Shown piece after piece: positions 11,953 to 24,800 of a DNA stretch of 50,735 nt (positions within the stretch are counted from its first letter, which is position 1; each line of letters begins with the position of its first letter). The notes under the pieces were generated by a model that saw only the letters and a list, made by a program, of their open reading frames with translations, ran no database searches and was not told where the DNA came from. Both the position numbers and the translations under genes were made by a program. Origin of the DNA: Callorhinchus milii (Eukaryota); contig NW_024705372.1 of the NCBI RefSeq assembly GCF_018977255.1, forward strand, positions 1-50,735, given 5' to 3'.

Positions 11953-14900
11953 TCAGAATCAGAAAGGGTTTTATTGGCCATGAAAGTTTGCACAGACAAG
12001 GAATTTACTATGGCAGGAAGGTGCATACATTCAACATGCAGGAATCTTAAAACTTAAATAAGTGGCATACAGTCTAACTATACTAAAGTTACAAAGTCTA
12101 ACTAATACTAAGGGCTAAAGTATGTAAAATTTGGAATAAGTATACAATATAAAATGTGAATTAGCCGTAATATACAATCTTAAAATACAAAAATACAAAT
12201 AGGGTAACATGTTGTAAATATGGCAAGGTGTAATTTTGTAGATAAATGTTATAGTAAGTGTAAAAGTCATTTTAAGCCCTTTGCCTTGCTGAGAGGCCAA
12301 CAGCGGATGGGAAGAAACTGTTTTTATAACGTGAGGTTTTGGTCCTGATGGACCGCAGCCTTCTGCCGGAGGGGAGTAGCTGGAACAGAGAGTGTCCAGG
12401 GTGGAGAGGAATCGGCCACAATCTTCCTCGCTCGCCTCAGGGTCCTCGAGGTGTGCAGGTCCTCAAGGGTTGGTAGATTGCAGCCAATCACCTTCTCAGC
12501 AGTGCGGATGATACGCTGCAGTCTGCTCTTGTCCTTGGCAGTGGCAGCAGCGTACCAGATGGTGATGGAGGAGGTGAGGATGGACTCAATGATGGCTGTA
12601 TAGAAGCGCACCATCATTGTCTTTGGCAGGTTAAATTTCTTCAGCTGCCGTAGGAAGTACATCCTCTGTTGAGCTCTCTTGATAAGGGAGCTGATGTTCA
12701 GTTCCCACTTGAGGTCCTGGGAAAGAATAGTGCCCAGGAAGCGGAAGGACTCCACATTGTTGACTGGGGAGTCGCACAGGGTGATGGGGGTGAGTGGGGC
12801 TGTATTCTTCCTGAAGTCCACAACCATCTCCACGGTCTTAAGAGCATTAAGCTCCAGGTTGTTCTGGCTACACCAGGTCACCAGGTTGTCAGCTTCCCAC
12901 CTATAGTCAGACTCATCAGAGATGAGCCCAATGAGGGTGGTGTCGTCCGCAAACTTCAAGAGTTTGACGGACGGGTGACTGGAGGTGCAGCTGTTGGTGT
13001 ACAGGGTGAAGAGCAGAGAAGAAAGGACGCAGCCCTGAGGAGATCCGGTGCTGATGGACCTGGAGGCAGAAACTTGTGTTCCCAGCTTAACACACTGCTT
13101 GCTTTCAGACAGGAAGTCTGTGATCCACCTGCAGGTGGAGTCTGGCAGGTTCAGCAGGGAGAGCTTGTCCTGAAGCAGGGCAGGGATGATGGTGTTAAAA
13201 GCCGAGCTGAAGTCCACAAACAGGATCCTGGCATATAATGCTGTGGAGTCCAGATGCTGTAGGGTGAAGTGGAGTGCCATGTTAACTGCGTCATCCACAG
13301 ACCTGTTGGCTCTGTAGGCAAACTGAAGGGGGTCCAGGAGAGGGTCTGTGATGGCTTTGAGGTGTGCCAGGACCAGGCGCTCAAAATACTTCATTACCAT
13401 GGAGGTAAGGGCGATGGGTCTGTAATCATTTAGTCCTGTTGGCCTTGGATTTTTGGGCACAGGGATGATGATGGAGGACTTGAGACAAGCTGGTACATGG
13501 CATGTCTCCATGGAGGTGTTAAAGATGTTGGTGAACACTGGAGACAGCTGGTCAGCGCAGTGCCTGAGGGTGGCTGGAGAGACAGAGTCCGGCCCAGCTG
13601 CTTTGCGTGGGTTCTGCCTCTTGAAAAGTTTTTAACTTCTCCCTCCTGAATGGAGATAGTTGTCTCTGTAGTGGGGGTGGGATAGGGGCCTCTTGGGTGG
13701 GAAGGGGTAGTTCAGGACAGTCCAATTGTCTTTCAAATCTGCAGTAGAACTCGTTCAGGTCGTTGGCTAGGCGGGAGTCGTTAGTGGTGTGGGGGCTCTG
13801 GGCTTGTAGTTGGTGATCTGCCTGAGCCCTCTCCAGACAGAAGCAGAGAACTGGTGTTTTAGTCTCCCTGAGTACAGTCGTTTAGCCTCTCTCACCGCCT
13901 TGCTAAACCTGTTCTTCGACTCCTTGAATCTGTCTCTATCCCCACTCCTAAACGCTTCCTCCTTCTCCAACCTCAACCTTCTGAGCTTTGCTGAGAACCA
14001 GGGCTTGTTGTTGTTGAAGTTCACCCTGGTGCATGTTGGAATACAGCAGTCCTCACAGAAGCTGATGTACGACGTCACAGCCTCTGTGAGTTCATCCAGA
14101 CTATTGGTAGCAGTCGTGAACATATCCCAGTCAGTACAGTCCAAGCACGCCCGCAATTCCTCTATAGCCTCACTGGTCCACTGTTTAGATGTCCTCACAG
14201 CAGGTTTACAGAGCTTTAGTTTCTGCCTGTATGCAGGAATTAGGTGGACCATGGCATGGTCAGAGTGTCCCAGTGCTGCTCTGGGGACGGCGTGGTAGGC
14301 TCTACTGACTGTAGTGTAACAGTGATCCAGAGTGTTCCCTTCTCTGGTAGGGCATTTAATGAATTGTCTGTATTTGGGGAGTTCGTGGCTGAGATTACCT
14401 TTGTTAAAGTCGCCAAGTACGATAACCAGCGAATCTGGATTTGCTCGCTCCACACTCAGAATCTGGTCGGCGAGCATGCGTTGGGCCTCTTTAACCTGAG
14501 GACCCGGCGGCAAATAAACTCCGACCATAATGAGCGACGCGAGGCGAGTAGAAAGATTTACAGTTTATAAAAAAATATTCAAGGAGCGGAGAACAATGTT
14601 GCAGAATCACTGTGACATCTACACACCAGCCACTATTAATGTAAAAACAAATACCACCGCCTTTCGTCTTGCCGGAGAGTGCTATGTCCCGATCCGATCT
14701 TACGAGTTGGAAGCCTGCCAGTTGTAACGCAGCCATGTCTCCGTGAAGCACAAAATAGAAGATGAAATAAAGTCTCTGTTTTTCACCATCAGTAGCTGAA
14801 GTTCGTCCATTTTGTTGCACAGTGAACATACGTTGGAGAGGAAAAAGCTCGGAAGCACTGTTCGGATCCCGCGTCTGCGTAACCGTACTAGAGCCCCCGA

Positions 14901-15167
14901 CCGTTTACCCCTTCGGCGGCGTTTCGCTGCTTGAGTAAAGCCTAGCGCGGCTTTGACTAGAATGGCCACTAATTCTGCCGCTGGAAGCAGAAAAGTGGGA
15001 AATAAGTCCTGTGGACTTATTCCCACAGGACTTGTTTCCCTGATGTTTAGAAGTTTGTCTCTTGTTAGAGAACTCCGAAAATCTTGGCAGAACACTGAAT
15101 TAACAGACAAAACAAGACAAAACAGGGCGCACCGACTGGCTGAGGCTACCATCATCGGCGCCATCTT
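11953..15167 (-). mobile_element. Near full-length non-LTR retrotransposon, Rex1/Babar-like LINE
   Basis: APE and RT coding remnants. The 5' end reads AAGATGGCGCCG. The 3' end reads ...AAATTCCTTGTCTGTGCAAACTTTCATGGCCAATAAAACCCTTTCTGATTCTGA (AATAAA plus CTGATT repeat tail), typical of fish Rex1/Babar elements. Confidence 0.9.
12290..15164 (-). pseudogene. LINE ORF (AP endonuclease + reverse transcriptase), multiply frameshifted
   Basis: Pieces 14700-15164 (RRGKRSGALVRLRRRG, NVCSLCNKMDEL, LCFTETWL), 14491-14829 (RSDRD...KGGGICFYIN), 13767-14528 (VYLPP, VLGDFN, TLDHCY, SDH) and 12324-13538 (NDYRPIALTS, FVDFSSAFNTI, GSPQGCVLS, KFADD, FLG). The C-terminus HPGHSLFQLLPSGRRLRS...KNSFFP is in a shifted frame. 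Confidence 0.92.
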
Positions 15168-15663
15168 CTCACCAGCACGGGTGTGCTGAGCAGCAGGCCC
15201 CCTCACCAGCACGGGTGTGCTGAACAGCAGGCCTCTCTCACCAGCACGGGTGTGCTGAGCAGCAGGCCTCTCTCACCAGCACGGGTGTGCTGAGCAGCAG
15301 GCCTCTCTCACCAGCACGGGTGTGCTGAGCAGCAGGCCTCTCTCACCAGCACGGGTGTGCTGAACAGCAGGCCCCTCTCACCAGCAAGGGTGTGCTGAAC
15401 AGCAGGCCCCTCTCATCAGCACGGGTGTGCTGAGCAGCAGTCCTCACTCACCAGCACGGGTGTGCTGAGCAGCAGGCCTCTCTCACCAGCACGGGTGTGC
15501 TGAGCAGCAGGCCTCACTCACCAGCACGGGTGTGCTGAACAGCAGGCCCCTCTCACCAGCACGGGTGTGCTGAACAGCAGGCCCCTCTCACCAGCAAAGG
15601 TGTGATGAACAGCAGGCCAGCACAAGTGTGACTGAACAGCAGGCCTCTCTCACCAGCACAGGT
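15168..15663. repeat. 35-bp minisatellite, about 14 units
   Basis: Unit CTCACCAGCACGGGTGTGCTGA(G/A)CAGCAGGCC(T/C)CT starts at 15168, 15202, 15237, 15272 and so on; the last units are degenerate. Each unit contains an internal inverted repeat CAGCAC..GTGCTG. Confidence 0.95.
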
Positions 15664-15670
15664 AATCAAG

Positions 15671-15728
15671 CAAAACAAGACAAAACAGGGCGCACCGACC
15701 GGCCGAGGCTGCCATCATCGGGGCCATC
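15671..15728 (-). repeat. Second copy of the LINE 5' end (58 bp)
   Basis: CAAAACAAGACAAAACAGGGCGCACCGAC...CCATCATCGGGGCCATC matches 15108-15165 with 4 substitutions. Confidence 0.9.
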
Positions 15729-15784
15729 CACCAATTGCTTTCGGTAAAGTCACGTAGATAGGTTTAAAGAAAATAGCAAAAAAC

Positions 15785-15823
15785 TACGACGTTTCGATCG
15801 CAACACAAGCGGTCGTCTTCAGG
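15785..15823 (-). ncRNA. Minimal type I hammerhead ribozyme motif (Penelope-type; stem I weak)
   Basis: Minus strand reads CTGAAGA-C-GACCGC-TTGTGTT-GCGATC-GAAAC-GTC. The core is intact, stem II has one mismatch, and stem I is poorly paired. Confidence 0.55.
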
Positions 15824-17865
15824 AAGAAAAAAAATACGACCGCTTGTGTTGCGATCGAAACGTCGTAGTATTTTTGTTATTTTCTTTGAACCTATGTACA
15901 GTACGTGACTTTGCCAAGAGACCCAAAGAATATGTGTCGTTCAACCCGCCACCACCCGACACAGCCAATTAGTACGGTTTGTTACGTCAACAAAACGTGC
16001 CAATTAGTGACGAGCTCAGCACACCGGTGTGTTGGAGATTATTTACAATTCGAGTACGGCAACCAGCGTCATCAGGCAGCAGCTAGGGTTGTGGAGAAAT
16101 CATCCTCCGGTTTCGTTCTTCCTTCAATGACGATTGCCTGCATTCAAACCGACCAGTGTGCTGAACTAGTAACTACAGTAATTGGCATGTTTTGCTTAGT
16201 TCACAAACCTTATGAATTGTCTATGTCGGGTGGTGGCGGGTTTAACAACACATTTATATTTACGCGATCTCGCCCAAAAAAAAACCTCTATTATGGATAA
16301 TCATCATTGATTAAACCATGTTCTCAAGTGTAGTAGCAATCAGGTAGACAAAACAATGTACACAAAACCTAGGACCTTCAAAGCCTGTCACTTAATTTGG
16401 CATTTTCATCTCCAAGGATTATAAACAATCGGTTTGAATGTCACCTGAAAAGGTGTGGTTGGTTCTAGCGTGGATTAGAGGCAAATGAAGGGGCCCCAGA
16501 AGTAGTTCTACAACATCAACTTCTTGCGGATGTTTTCTAATATGTGATGACGCTCTGCAATCTGCGAGCGTTTCCAAATGGACATGTTTTCATCTCATGA
16601 GATCAATGCGATAACGAAATTGGGATTTAATTGAAAAAAACATCAAATATTTACAGTAAAAATGTGTATCTTGTCAAAATAATTAATATTTGCAAGATCA
16701 TGCTAAACATAATTCAATATAATCACGAACACCATTGTTCCCTTCCTGGCTGTACTTTGCTTTGCCATAACCGATCGAGCTTCTGTGTCTGATTTACTTA
16801 CTTAACATGACAATACAGACCCACGTAGAAATCGTAATGAGAAATACACGGCACTCGCCGATGCATTTGAATACATTCATCGCTTGCGTTTAATTACCCA
16901 AAAAATGAATAGTACAATGAAGCAGAATAGATTTGTTTCCCACCTTGCCTCCGGGTGTTTTTCACTCGAGGACCATGCAATTTACCTTCCACAGAGCTCC
17001 CGCACAATAGGCAGCTTTACATCATGGAAATTTCAATGCGAAAGCGATAGTAAGCACATTCTATTCTTACAGACACCGGACTCTGGCCATCGTCCAGGCA
17101 TACCCTCAGATCAGCCGCTGCTCTACCCTGCTGAGATGTCAGTCACGGGATTGTTGTGAATTGGGTGGGAGGGGGGGGGCATTGAGGGACAGTTCCCCCA
17201 CCCCTCCTCTTATAACATTACTATTATATAACTGTTATGTATCGAAGACCGTTTGCGAAGATGCTCGTTCAAGTCGAATTGAGAATAAATAGCGAGTTGT
17301 TCACGACGAATAATTTTGAACGAGCTCGTTATTTTGTCATGGAAACTCAATCGATAGTCAATCAATTTAGCTTTTCTCTAGAACGACGAACGACTTCGTA
17401 TCGCAGTGGAAACCATTTGCCCCCCCCCCTGTCCCATCGCCCCCTGCCGTGGTGGTTGTAGCTGTGAGCGCCACTGAGTGTTCTCCTCCCCTCCCGAGAG
17501 AAACGATACCCAGGGCGCGGGCTCGGCTTTCCGTTGCGTTGAGTGAGGTCGATGGTCCCCGCCTCGTGTGGATGAAGGACACTTTAATTGGCTTTCATGC
17601 AAAGTTGTATTGTTTTGTTTAAAAAAAAAAATTCCACTGGCTGTCAGTCGAACGTCTGGGTTGCTACTCGCGGTCTCACGGCGGCGCGTGCGAGCTTCAC
17701 CGCCACGTGGGGATTACGGCCGTGGTGGCACTACGTCGCCTTCCGTGGGCCCTAATCCTGAGCGAGTTTCACGGTGCAAACTTGAAATCTCCAAGCGAGG
17801 TAACGGCTGGAACTAAAGAAAGTGGGATCGAACGAAGCAAATCATGAGTTTCATCTGGGTGGCGG

Positions 17866-17995
17866 AGTGGCGCGGTGGTGACACGTGTGCCGCACAGCAG
17901 AAATGTCCTGGTGTGGAGTGTGTATTTTCTCCCCCTGTTCAACATAGGTTTCCTCCCATAGCTATAAAAAACCCATAATGTAACTGGTATTGATA
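17866..17995 (+). mobile_element. Degenerate V-SINE-like fragment
   Basis: A-box-like GTGGCGCGGTGG followed by V-core-like GTGTGGAGTGTGTATTTTCTCCCCCTGT...GGTTTCCTCCCA. Confidence 0.5.
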
Positions 17996-18799
17996 AAAAC
18001 ACCCCAATAATAATATTAAATACCCATTTGGGATTACACATCGCAACATCGCCCCCTACTGCAAGAACTTAGCAGGCACCTCCTGAAAGCGAGTGTTGAG
18101 ACTCGGGCTTTCATTGGCAAAACAAGCGTAGTAGTAGCAACAATAACACGACACAAAGATTGCAGCTGGAAATTAGAAAAAATTGCGGAGACCACAGCCC
18201 CCGCAAGAGGATCGGAGTTGATCGCCAGCCCCTGGTCTCGAGCCACGGCGGCTCAGAGCAGCGAGGCTCGAAAGCCGCGAGTCATCTCAAAATCCACAGC
18301 AGGAGCCGCTGCCGCTGCAGGGTTGATGAGGGGGGGGGTGACGGTTCGGACAATCGCTCTCTGAGAGCTTGTCAAAGCAATTTCATCTCACAAAAGTATT
18401 TAATTGGAAAGCTTAATGAGCGGATGTCATTATAGGTTGTTGTTGTTATTATTTTTTGAGCGTAATGTAATATTAGAATAAAAAATAATAATACACGGAC
18501 AAAGCCTTTCAGCACGGATGAGCGTGCAGTGTGCAGCTGCCCTTTGGAGATGCATTTAATATGGATGCGCGTATTTGTGTGTGAATTGTATATTTGTGCA
18601 CAAACAAAGCGCCGCAAATGATTGTGTTCTTTTTATCATCGCTTTTTTTTATTCTCTTCTTTCTACATCCCAGTTCGTCTGCCCTTCCGGATGTACGAGC
18701 CACACATCACCATCATGACAGGTTCATACATTCTCATTATAGCGTGTGTGTGGGGGCACACGCAAATAATGTTACTGCAAGCGCTCTTTGCGGACACCT

Positions 18800-19003
18800 C
18801 AGGCTGGCGTGGCGAACGAGGGGGTGGGTGTCCTTTGGATCCCCAGTGGTGAAGTTCGCACCACACCTGGTACTTATTTAAGGCTGAGTTAACCGAGGGA
18901 AAGCAGAGGACCGGTTCAGAAATGTGTCACTGACATTGGCCGAGAGTGGGAATCGAACTCGGGTAGCCGGGTTTGTAGCACAGCGCGCTATCCACTACAC
19001 AAA
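18800..19003 (-). mobile_element. tRNA-derived SINE
   Basis: Minus strand: A-box-like GTGTAGTGGATA, B-box GAGTTCGATTCC (18949-18960), then GGTTAACTCAGCCTTAAATAAGTACCAGG, resembling a Deu/Nin-type SINE core. The 3' boundary is approximate. Confidence 0.65.
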
Positions 19004-21341
19004 GACAAAGATCCCCCTATAGCCTTAACAGACTGTTGGGGAAAGTGCAGTTAGTGAGCACCTATGAAGGGCGGCACGGCACAAGAGGGGGTGGGTGGCC
19101 AACACCACGCCCGACCGCCTTTGTTTTCCCAGTGGCGATGTTTACGCACCGCACCAGGTGAGTAAACATCCACCACTACACACACACACAAATTTATAGC
19201 ATCTTCTTTTGCATTGGTCAATTGAGAAAATCCTATTCTGCTGACGTGGTTCACACCAAAGCAAACGACACTGAGGCTTCACGCTGAGAGCCCTGTTGGA
19301 GCTGACTGCTCACCAAGCATGAAAACTCCCGCAAACAAAAAGCACGCAATCAAAGAGCCCACGAGACGGGGTTTTTTTTTCGTCAGCAAATAATTGCCGC
19401 ACATCCTTCACATACGACTGCTGGGAACGTGACATTTGTCTGCTGAACCTCACTCATTGACAGATACAAACACACGTATCCCGAGGGTAGGGGAAAAAAA
19501 GGTCGCCCCCCCCCCCACTCCATCTCAACCATTTCCTCCAGCCAGTCTTATCTGCCCCAGAGGGCCGTGGTTTACAAACGCGCACACGTGTGCGTTCCGG
19601 AGTGAGCGAGCGGGCGAACGAGCGAATGGTCGAGGAAGCAGATCGTGCCATTTTGAACCAATTACGTAACTCCCAGTGGCCGGCCACTCCGTCGTAAATG
19701 AGAATGCTGCCCGCGTTAAGACTCCCCGTGCTCAGAGCAGGGCCCGGGGCTTGAACGAAGGGCCCTAGGAGGTTCTGGCTCAGCAGCACCGCAACATGCA
19801 TCCAAAAGCCCCCCCCCCCAGGGAGATACGACCTTGAGTCAACACTCACACCTGCGATTTTTGTAATGAAAGGCTCACTTATCCACGTATTTGATACCAC
19901 ACGGTGTCATGTGAACATCGTGAATTTGGTAGAGTAGGCAGGTGTTCAGAATCCATTCGGGGTGGAACAATGCATCGATTCGTTGATTCATCCTGACTAT
20001 CCAGCTTTACGATAACTGCATTGGATCGTACATCTTAAGAGTTGACGTGTTTCAATTCACATCTGCTGCAAAGTAATGGCCTGATATTACCTCTGGATCC
20101 ACGTCAGGTGCTGTTATTAGCCGCAATGTAAACAAAACAACAAATATAATTTGTTACCGTGGTGCCAGGAAGGTAAATCGTTCAACCGTTAGTTTCTTCA
20201 TAATAAAACCACATTTGTAACAAAACCACGTACCATCCCATACATATTTCACCGCCCTTGTGTTTGTAATAAAAAAAATGTGTTTATATTTAGATTTTGT
20301 TAGCAGTGGCATTCTGCCTGCACTGGAAGCCGGTTGATAAATTGGTCCAATTTAGTCTCACCACACACAGCACCAAAAATAGAAATCAATTACAAACATT
20401 CGCCTGAGTTCAGCTCATACTAAACGCATCGATTCATGCACCCTGCGACGATTCTCTGTCAACCATGAACATCAATACGACTCGCGATCAATTTCTTAAT
20501 GAACTCACAGTACAGAGAGAAATGTTTCGCTTTTTTTCCCTTTTGTCTTTATGAAGACTCTTTCTGCCTGCGCCTCGTTTTGCTCGAAGCGCCTCTGGTG
20601 ATCGTTGGGACAGAAGCTCCTCCTTCACTCTGCTGTCCACGAAATCACCGATTCCGGTGATTCCTAACGTCACCACACGCCTTGTAGGACTACTGAGTCT
20701 TTGAGCTGCAGTGAACCCAATGATTATTCCGATGAGATGTAATAATGTCTCATATGGCTATTGTTCACAATTGCACCAAATAAAAAATTATAATTAAAAC
20801 AGTATAGCGGACGTTTCCTTCTCTCGTCGCACCGTTTCGTGGTTCGGTCCGAGTGGCGGCCACCACTTCGTTTCACGTCGGAATGTTTCAACAATTGACC
20901 ACATGCACCTCAAGGTCATAAATACAGAGCTGCTAGATTGCGGAGCGCATTGCTTTGACACGGTGTGAATTCCATTGATGCACTGAGGGTCTCGATGTGG
21001 ATTACGGCATGCAACTAACGCCCTTCTCTTTCTCGAACGGGCACTTACTGCTGACACTTCCACGGTTAACCAAGCCCTCCCTTCACACAGGACAGCCTCG
21101 CTGAGTCTCAAGGCTCTCTTCTTTTAGGGAGGTCTTGCTGCTGGGGCGCGATGGTGGCCCAGTGGGCCTTGCCTGGTAAAATAAAAACAAATAGTTTCGT
21201 TTGTAGTTTATAGCATTGAGCTGTTTTTTTCCACTTCCATTCATGATATTGTCTTGAGGGGGATCCAGGGCAACCAGAGAAAACCCACCACCTATACGAG
21301 AGCAAGACTTTCAGAGCTTGTGCAGATAGATCCAAGAATAT

Positions 21342-21485
21342 TCTTAGGTTTTTTCCTATTTTATTTTTATTTTACTTTTATTTTTATTTTACTTTATTAA
21401 TTTAAATTTTATTTTTTTACCTACGTGACTTTACAAAAAAAAAACCTAAGAATATGAATCCTTGCAGTCACGAAAGCTTCAAATC
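21342..21485 (+). mobile_element. Fold-back mini Penelope-like element, copy 4 (internally deleted)
   Basis: TCTTAGGTTTTTT...CTACGTGACTTTAC...AACCTAAGAATATGAATCCTTGCAGTCACGAAAGCTTCAAATC. 15-bp direct repeat TAGATCCAAGAATAT at 21327-21341 and 21486-21500, partly overlapping the element ends. Confidence 0.8.
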
Positions 21486-21850
21486 TAGATCCAAGAATAT
21501 ATTGCCGTACCGCCGCATCACTGCCACCACACTGCCCCACGCTTCCAACACCTGGCTTGTGCAGGTAATCTCCAATCGCAGCACTTATCAAGGCTTAAAC
21601 CTCCTGCTAAGCCTGCGAATCTTGACGCGATTGGGAACATTCAGGTTAGGTGGCCACAGCCGGCGAGAGCTAACCTTAAGTTCGCTCCACCGGACACACG
21701 CATTTTTGCATGAGCACGAGGCTGAAATAGCCATTGGCGCAACTTGTTACAACCACAACGGACGGTCCACCAATGCATCCATGTGAACCAGCGAGGAGCA
21801 GAATTAATCAATATTCTCACGATGCTCTCTCATTCCGTGCCCTCGCCACC

Positions 21851-21880
21851 NNNNNNNNNNNNNNNNNNNNNNNNNNNNNN
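21851..21880. other. Assembly gap or spacer of 30 N
   Basis: 30 consecutive N characters. Confidence 0.99.
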
Positions 21881-24800
21881 CCTTGCGACGTTTGTTAAGG
21901 CCTACCGGACGGCTGTGCCACGGAATTAATGCGGCGCTCTTAGTTGGTTGATTACAAACCCCTCACTAGAGGACTTCGCTTCGTTTGGTAATTAAGCGGC
22001 CAGGAAAAGTTCAGGTGTACCAAAGGATATGCGATGAGTCATGGCAAGTGATGCCTATAAATACTGAAGTTTTGAAGGCATGTGGGTATTCCTTGGGTCG
22101 CTTGGTATGGGCGAGAGTAGAACCAAAAGCACAAAAGGTCAACTAAGGGAAATACCTTCTTATGTAAAGCTGCATAGAGAAAGCATTTTCGCATTAAGCT
22201 GAGAACACCAATTCACACTCCTACCGCGTGACTACAGGTCGGCCGACAATGGCATAGCCCTCACACCGGGGTAGATAAGAGATTTTAAATCATTTGTATC
22301 ACCGATTTCCTGCTATCAATTTTCTACCCTGGAAAAGATCGCACCACGAACGGAGATGGTTATACGGTCAGGGCGTCCAGGACCGTTCCCCCTCCCTGCC
22401 AAGCCAGTCTGGGGCGGGCGCATATATGGTTATCCCTCCCTGTGACGTAGTATTTCAATCAAGGCAAATCCACGATCGGAGCTATCGACAAGCCAATTTG
22501 GAAGCAAATAGCCCGTATGTTCGATCGCAGATATCGAGGTCATTTTCACAGATAATAACGAAGGGTTGGGAGAATCGGTAGACTGAATGAAAGTTAACCA
22601 ACGAGCTTTTCAGCGGCATCGGTTAGGATACGAATCAGACTGGCCCACGACCCCCAGGACTTTCCTTGCTTGGCTGCTTAGGGTGAAACTGCTCACGAAT
22701 AACGAAGACTCCTCACTTTGGGATATTAAGTACGTGGGGAAGACCCCTAGTGTGAGCTAGTTACTCAGAAGGTCAACACGGGTTAATCACGCTGCGGAAA
22801 AAAGCAGGCCGACGGTCCCGACTGATTTGTAACACATAGGTCATCACTGAGAAAATTATATCACTTTGGAGCGTTATTTTACGATCAGAGCGCGCTTGGG
22901 CTATTCTTAAGGGGGTTTGTATAATACGTACACATTCGACATTCGGTCGTGTGCTCTCTTCCTTGAATGACTCTACGAGCGGGTACAGCGCCTACTGCCG
23001 CCGCCTTTGTTCGGGATGCGCATTAGAGACTCATGTTATCGATCCAGACAAACAGAAAACTCCGAGGGGTAATAGATGGAGGATCAAAGCATGTATTCAG
23101 CAAACACCTATCCTCGATCAGGTACGGGCAATAGGTCGGTAGCAGCTAAAACATTTAGGTAGGCTTCCAACCCACCATCCGAGTCGAGTGCAGCTTGTAG
23201 CGGAACTATCAAGCGGCGGTGTAGCAGGAGAAATTGACCTCGACGCTATGAGGATAGCTGAGGAAGCGGTGGGGAGATGACTTAATGTTACCCAACCCGG
23301 TTGGGCCGCATAGTATCTTCTTAGTTGTCTAACGTGGAATGTGTCCAAAACGTAGATGAGGCCGATTCATCTCTAGTGCCCATTAGCAGAACACAACCCA
23401 ATTATGGGCGTTTAGAGATCGTAGCGGCTTTCCGAGATTAGCTCCGTTTTTCCACTACGGACCATAATGCACGAATTCGGGGACTTCAGGGGCTTCTCCT
23501 CAGCATCTACCAGCCAGAGGCTGTATAACAGGTCGGCAACAGGCGTTCATGCAGAACGTGCATTCATAGCTACCTTGACTCGGTCCGTGGCAAATTACGC
23601 AATTGTCCGGAGCACCAAGGGGGCGGAGCTATTATGACGGCGGTAGGTTGCTTTCTCGGTAACATCGAGAAGAGTTCGTTTAGCAGACGAAGATGCGGAT
23701 ATAGGCGCCAGGGATGTACCTCATGACCAACGCATCGTGAGAGGTCGGTTCCCAGTGATGTTGCCCTTTATGTCTGTACCTGCCTACCCAACTAGGTATT
23801 GGCCTTATATGGTTGTGAGTGGAGCATTAAGGAGCAGGTGTCGACACGACTGGCTTCGCTCCACCTAACGTGGGTTCATGAGGTCGTAACGTAGTAGCAA
23901 TGCCGGACAGTGATCCCCTACAGAAACTGCAATTCTGACACATTTAATTATTCATCTCCAACTCACGATCTAACAGTGTGCAAAGCGGATACATAGCCTC
24001 CAGAGTGTCGTCGCTCCGTGTAACTCGGATGCCGTTGTTCCACTCCCGGAAGCGCAAGTCATCTACATTTTAAGTAAGACAGCGGGCATAAGTATCTAGG
24101 GTCGGGCCGGACAATATGCTAAGTTGAATCGGGCTCGAGCAGCTGCGTCATTTGATTAAGATAATTGTGCCGCATGTGGTGGGTTAGAATGTCAGCTATG
24201 ACTACGTAACGCTTCGAGGGTGCACTAGTAAAATTTGTCAATCGTCCGCTACCCATTAGCGGGGCGAAACCTTACCCGAGAAGCGAATTCAAAGGTCTGC
24301 GCCAAATCTGGAGTCGAGCAATGACGTAAATCAGTTAGGTTGATATTTTAGTAGAGTTAATACGGATCGAAGCGGGGCGTGCTGTGCCATATCGATGTGG
24401 TTAGAAAATCGTGTCGGAATTGTGATGTCGCACAAAAAATGCGGTCAGATACAATATAGCATCCGGACTGGGGTAAGTGAAGTCCGGAGCAACAATAGTA
24501 TCCAGGCGCCTGATGTATTCGGTCTTATTCGTTTTACTCAGGGGAATCAACTGACCCTGCGAGATGCGCGAAACTACGAAATCCTGACGGAGGCTCTCTA
24601 CTGGAGTAATGCCCACTTCGCATAGAGTATAATTGACAAGAAGTAGGTCGTAGAGCACGGTTATAGACTCTTTCCATCCCCGACCCATATCTTCATCCAG
24701 ACCTTTCTCGCGTGGTATCCCAGTCTGAACCAATTTCCTTCTGGTGTCTTGGCATCCGGTTGGGTAAATAATTATACCCAAGTTCAGATGCCATTTATAG

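Larger units (their letters stand above)
11910..15933 (-). mobile_element. Fold-back mini Penelope-like element, copy 3, split by the LINE (parts 11910-11952 and 15738-15933)
   Basis: Tail in reverse (TTGACTTAAAGCTTTCGTTACTGCAGGAATTCATATT) lies left of the LINE; CTTTCGGTAAAGTCACGTAG...TACGTGACTTTGCC...AAGAATAT lies right of it. 11-bp TSD GTGTCGTTCAA at 11899-11909 and 15934-15944. Confidence 0.8.
11852..16297. mobile_element. Fold-back MITE (about 420 bp once insertions are removed) hosting a mini-Penelope and a LINE
   Basis: Ends TCCATAATAGAGG...AGATCGCGTAAAT and ATTTACGCGATCT...CCTCTATTATGGA. The inverted repeat continues after the insertion: GTGTCGTTCAACCCGCCACCACCCGACACAGCCAATT (15934-15970) pairs with AATTGTCTATGTCGGGTGGTGGCGGGTTTAACAACAC (~16215-16251). 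Confidence 0.8.

Noticed and set aside
12669..14727. Plus-strand ORFs 12669-13238, 13810-14298, 14244-14570
   Set aside because: Antisense shadows of the LINE coding sequence.
15168..15663. 35-bp palindromic repeat array as a CRISPR array
   Set aside because: The units are head-to-tail with no unique spacers, there are no cas genes, and the context is eukaryotic.
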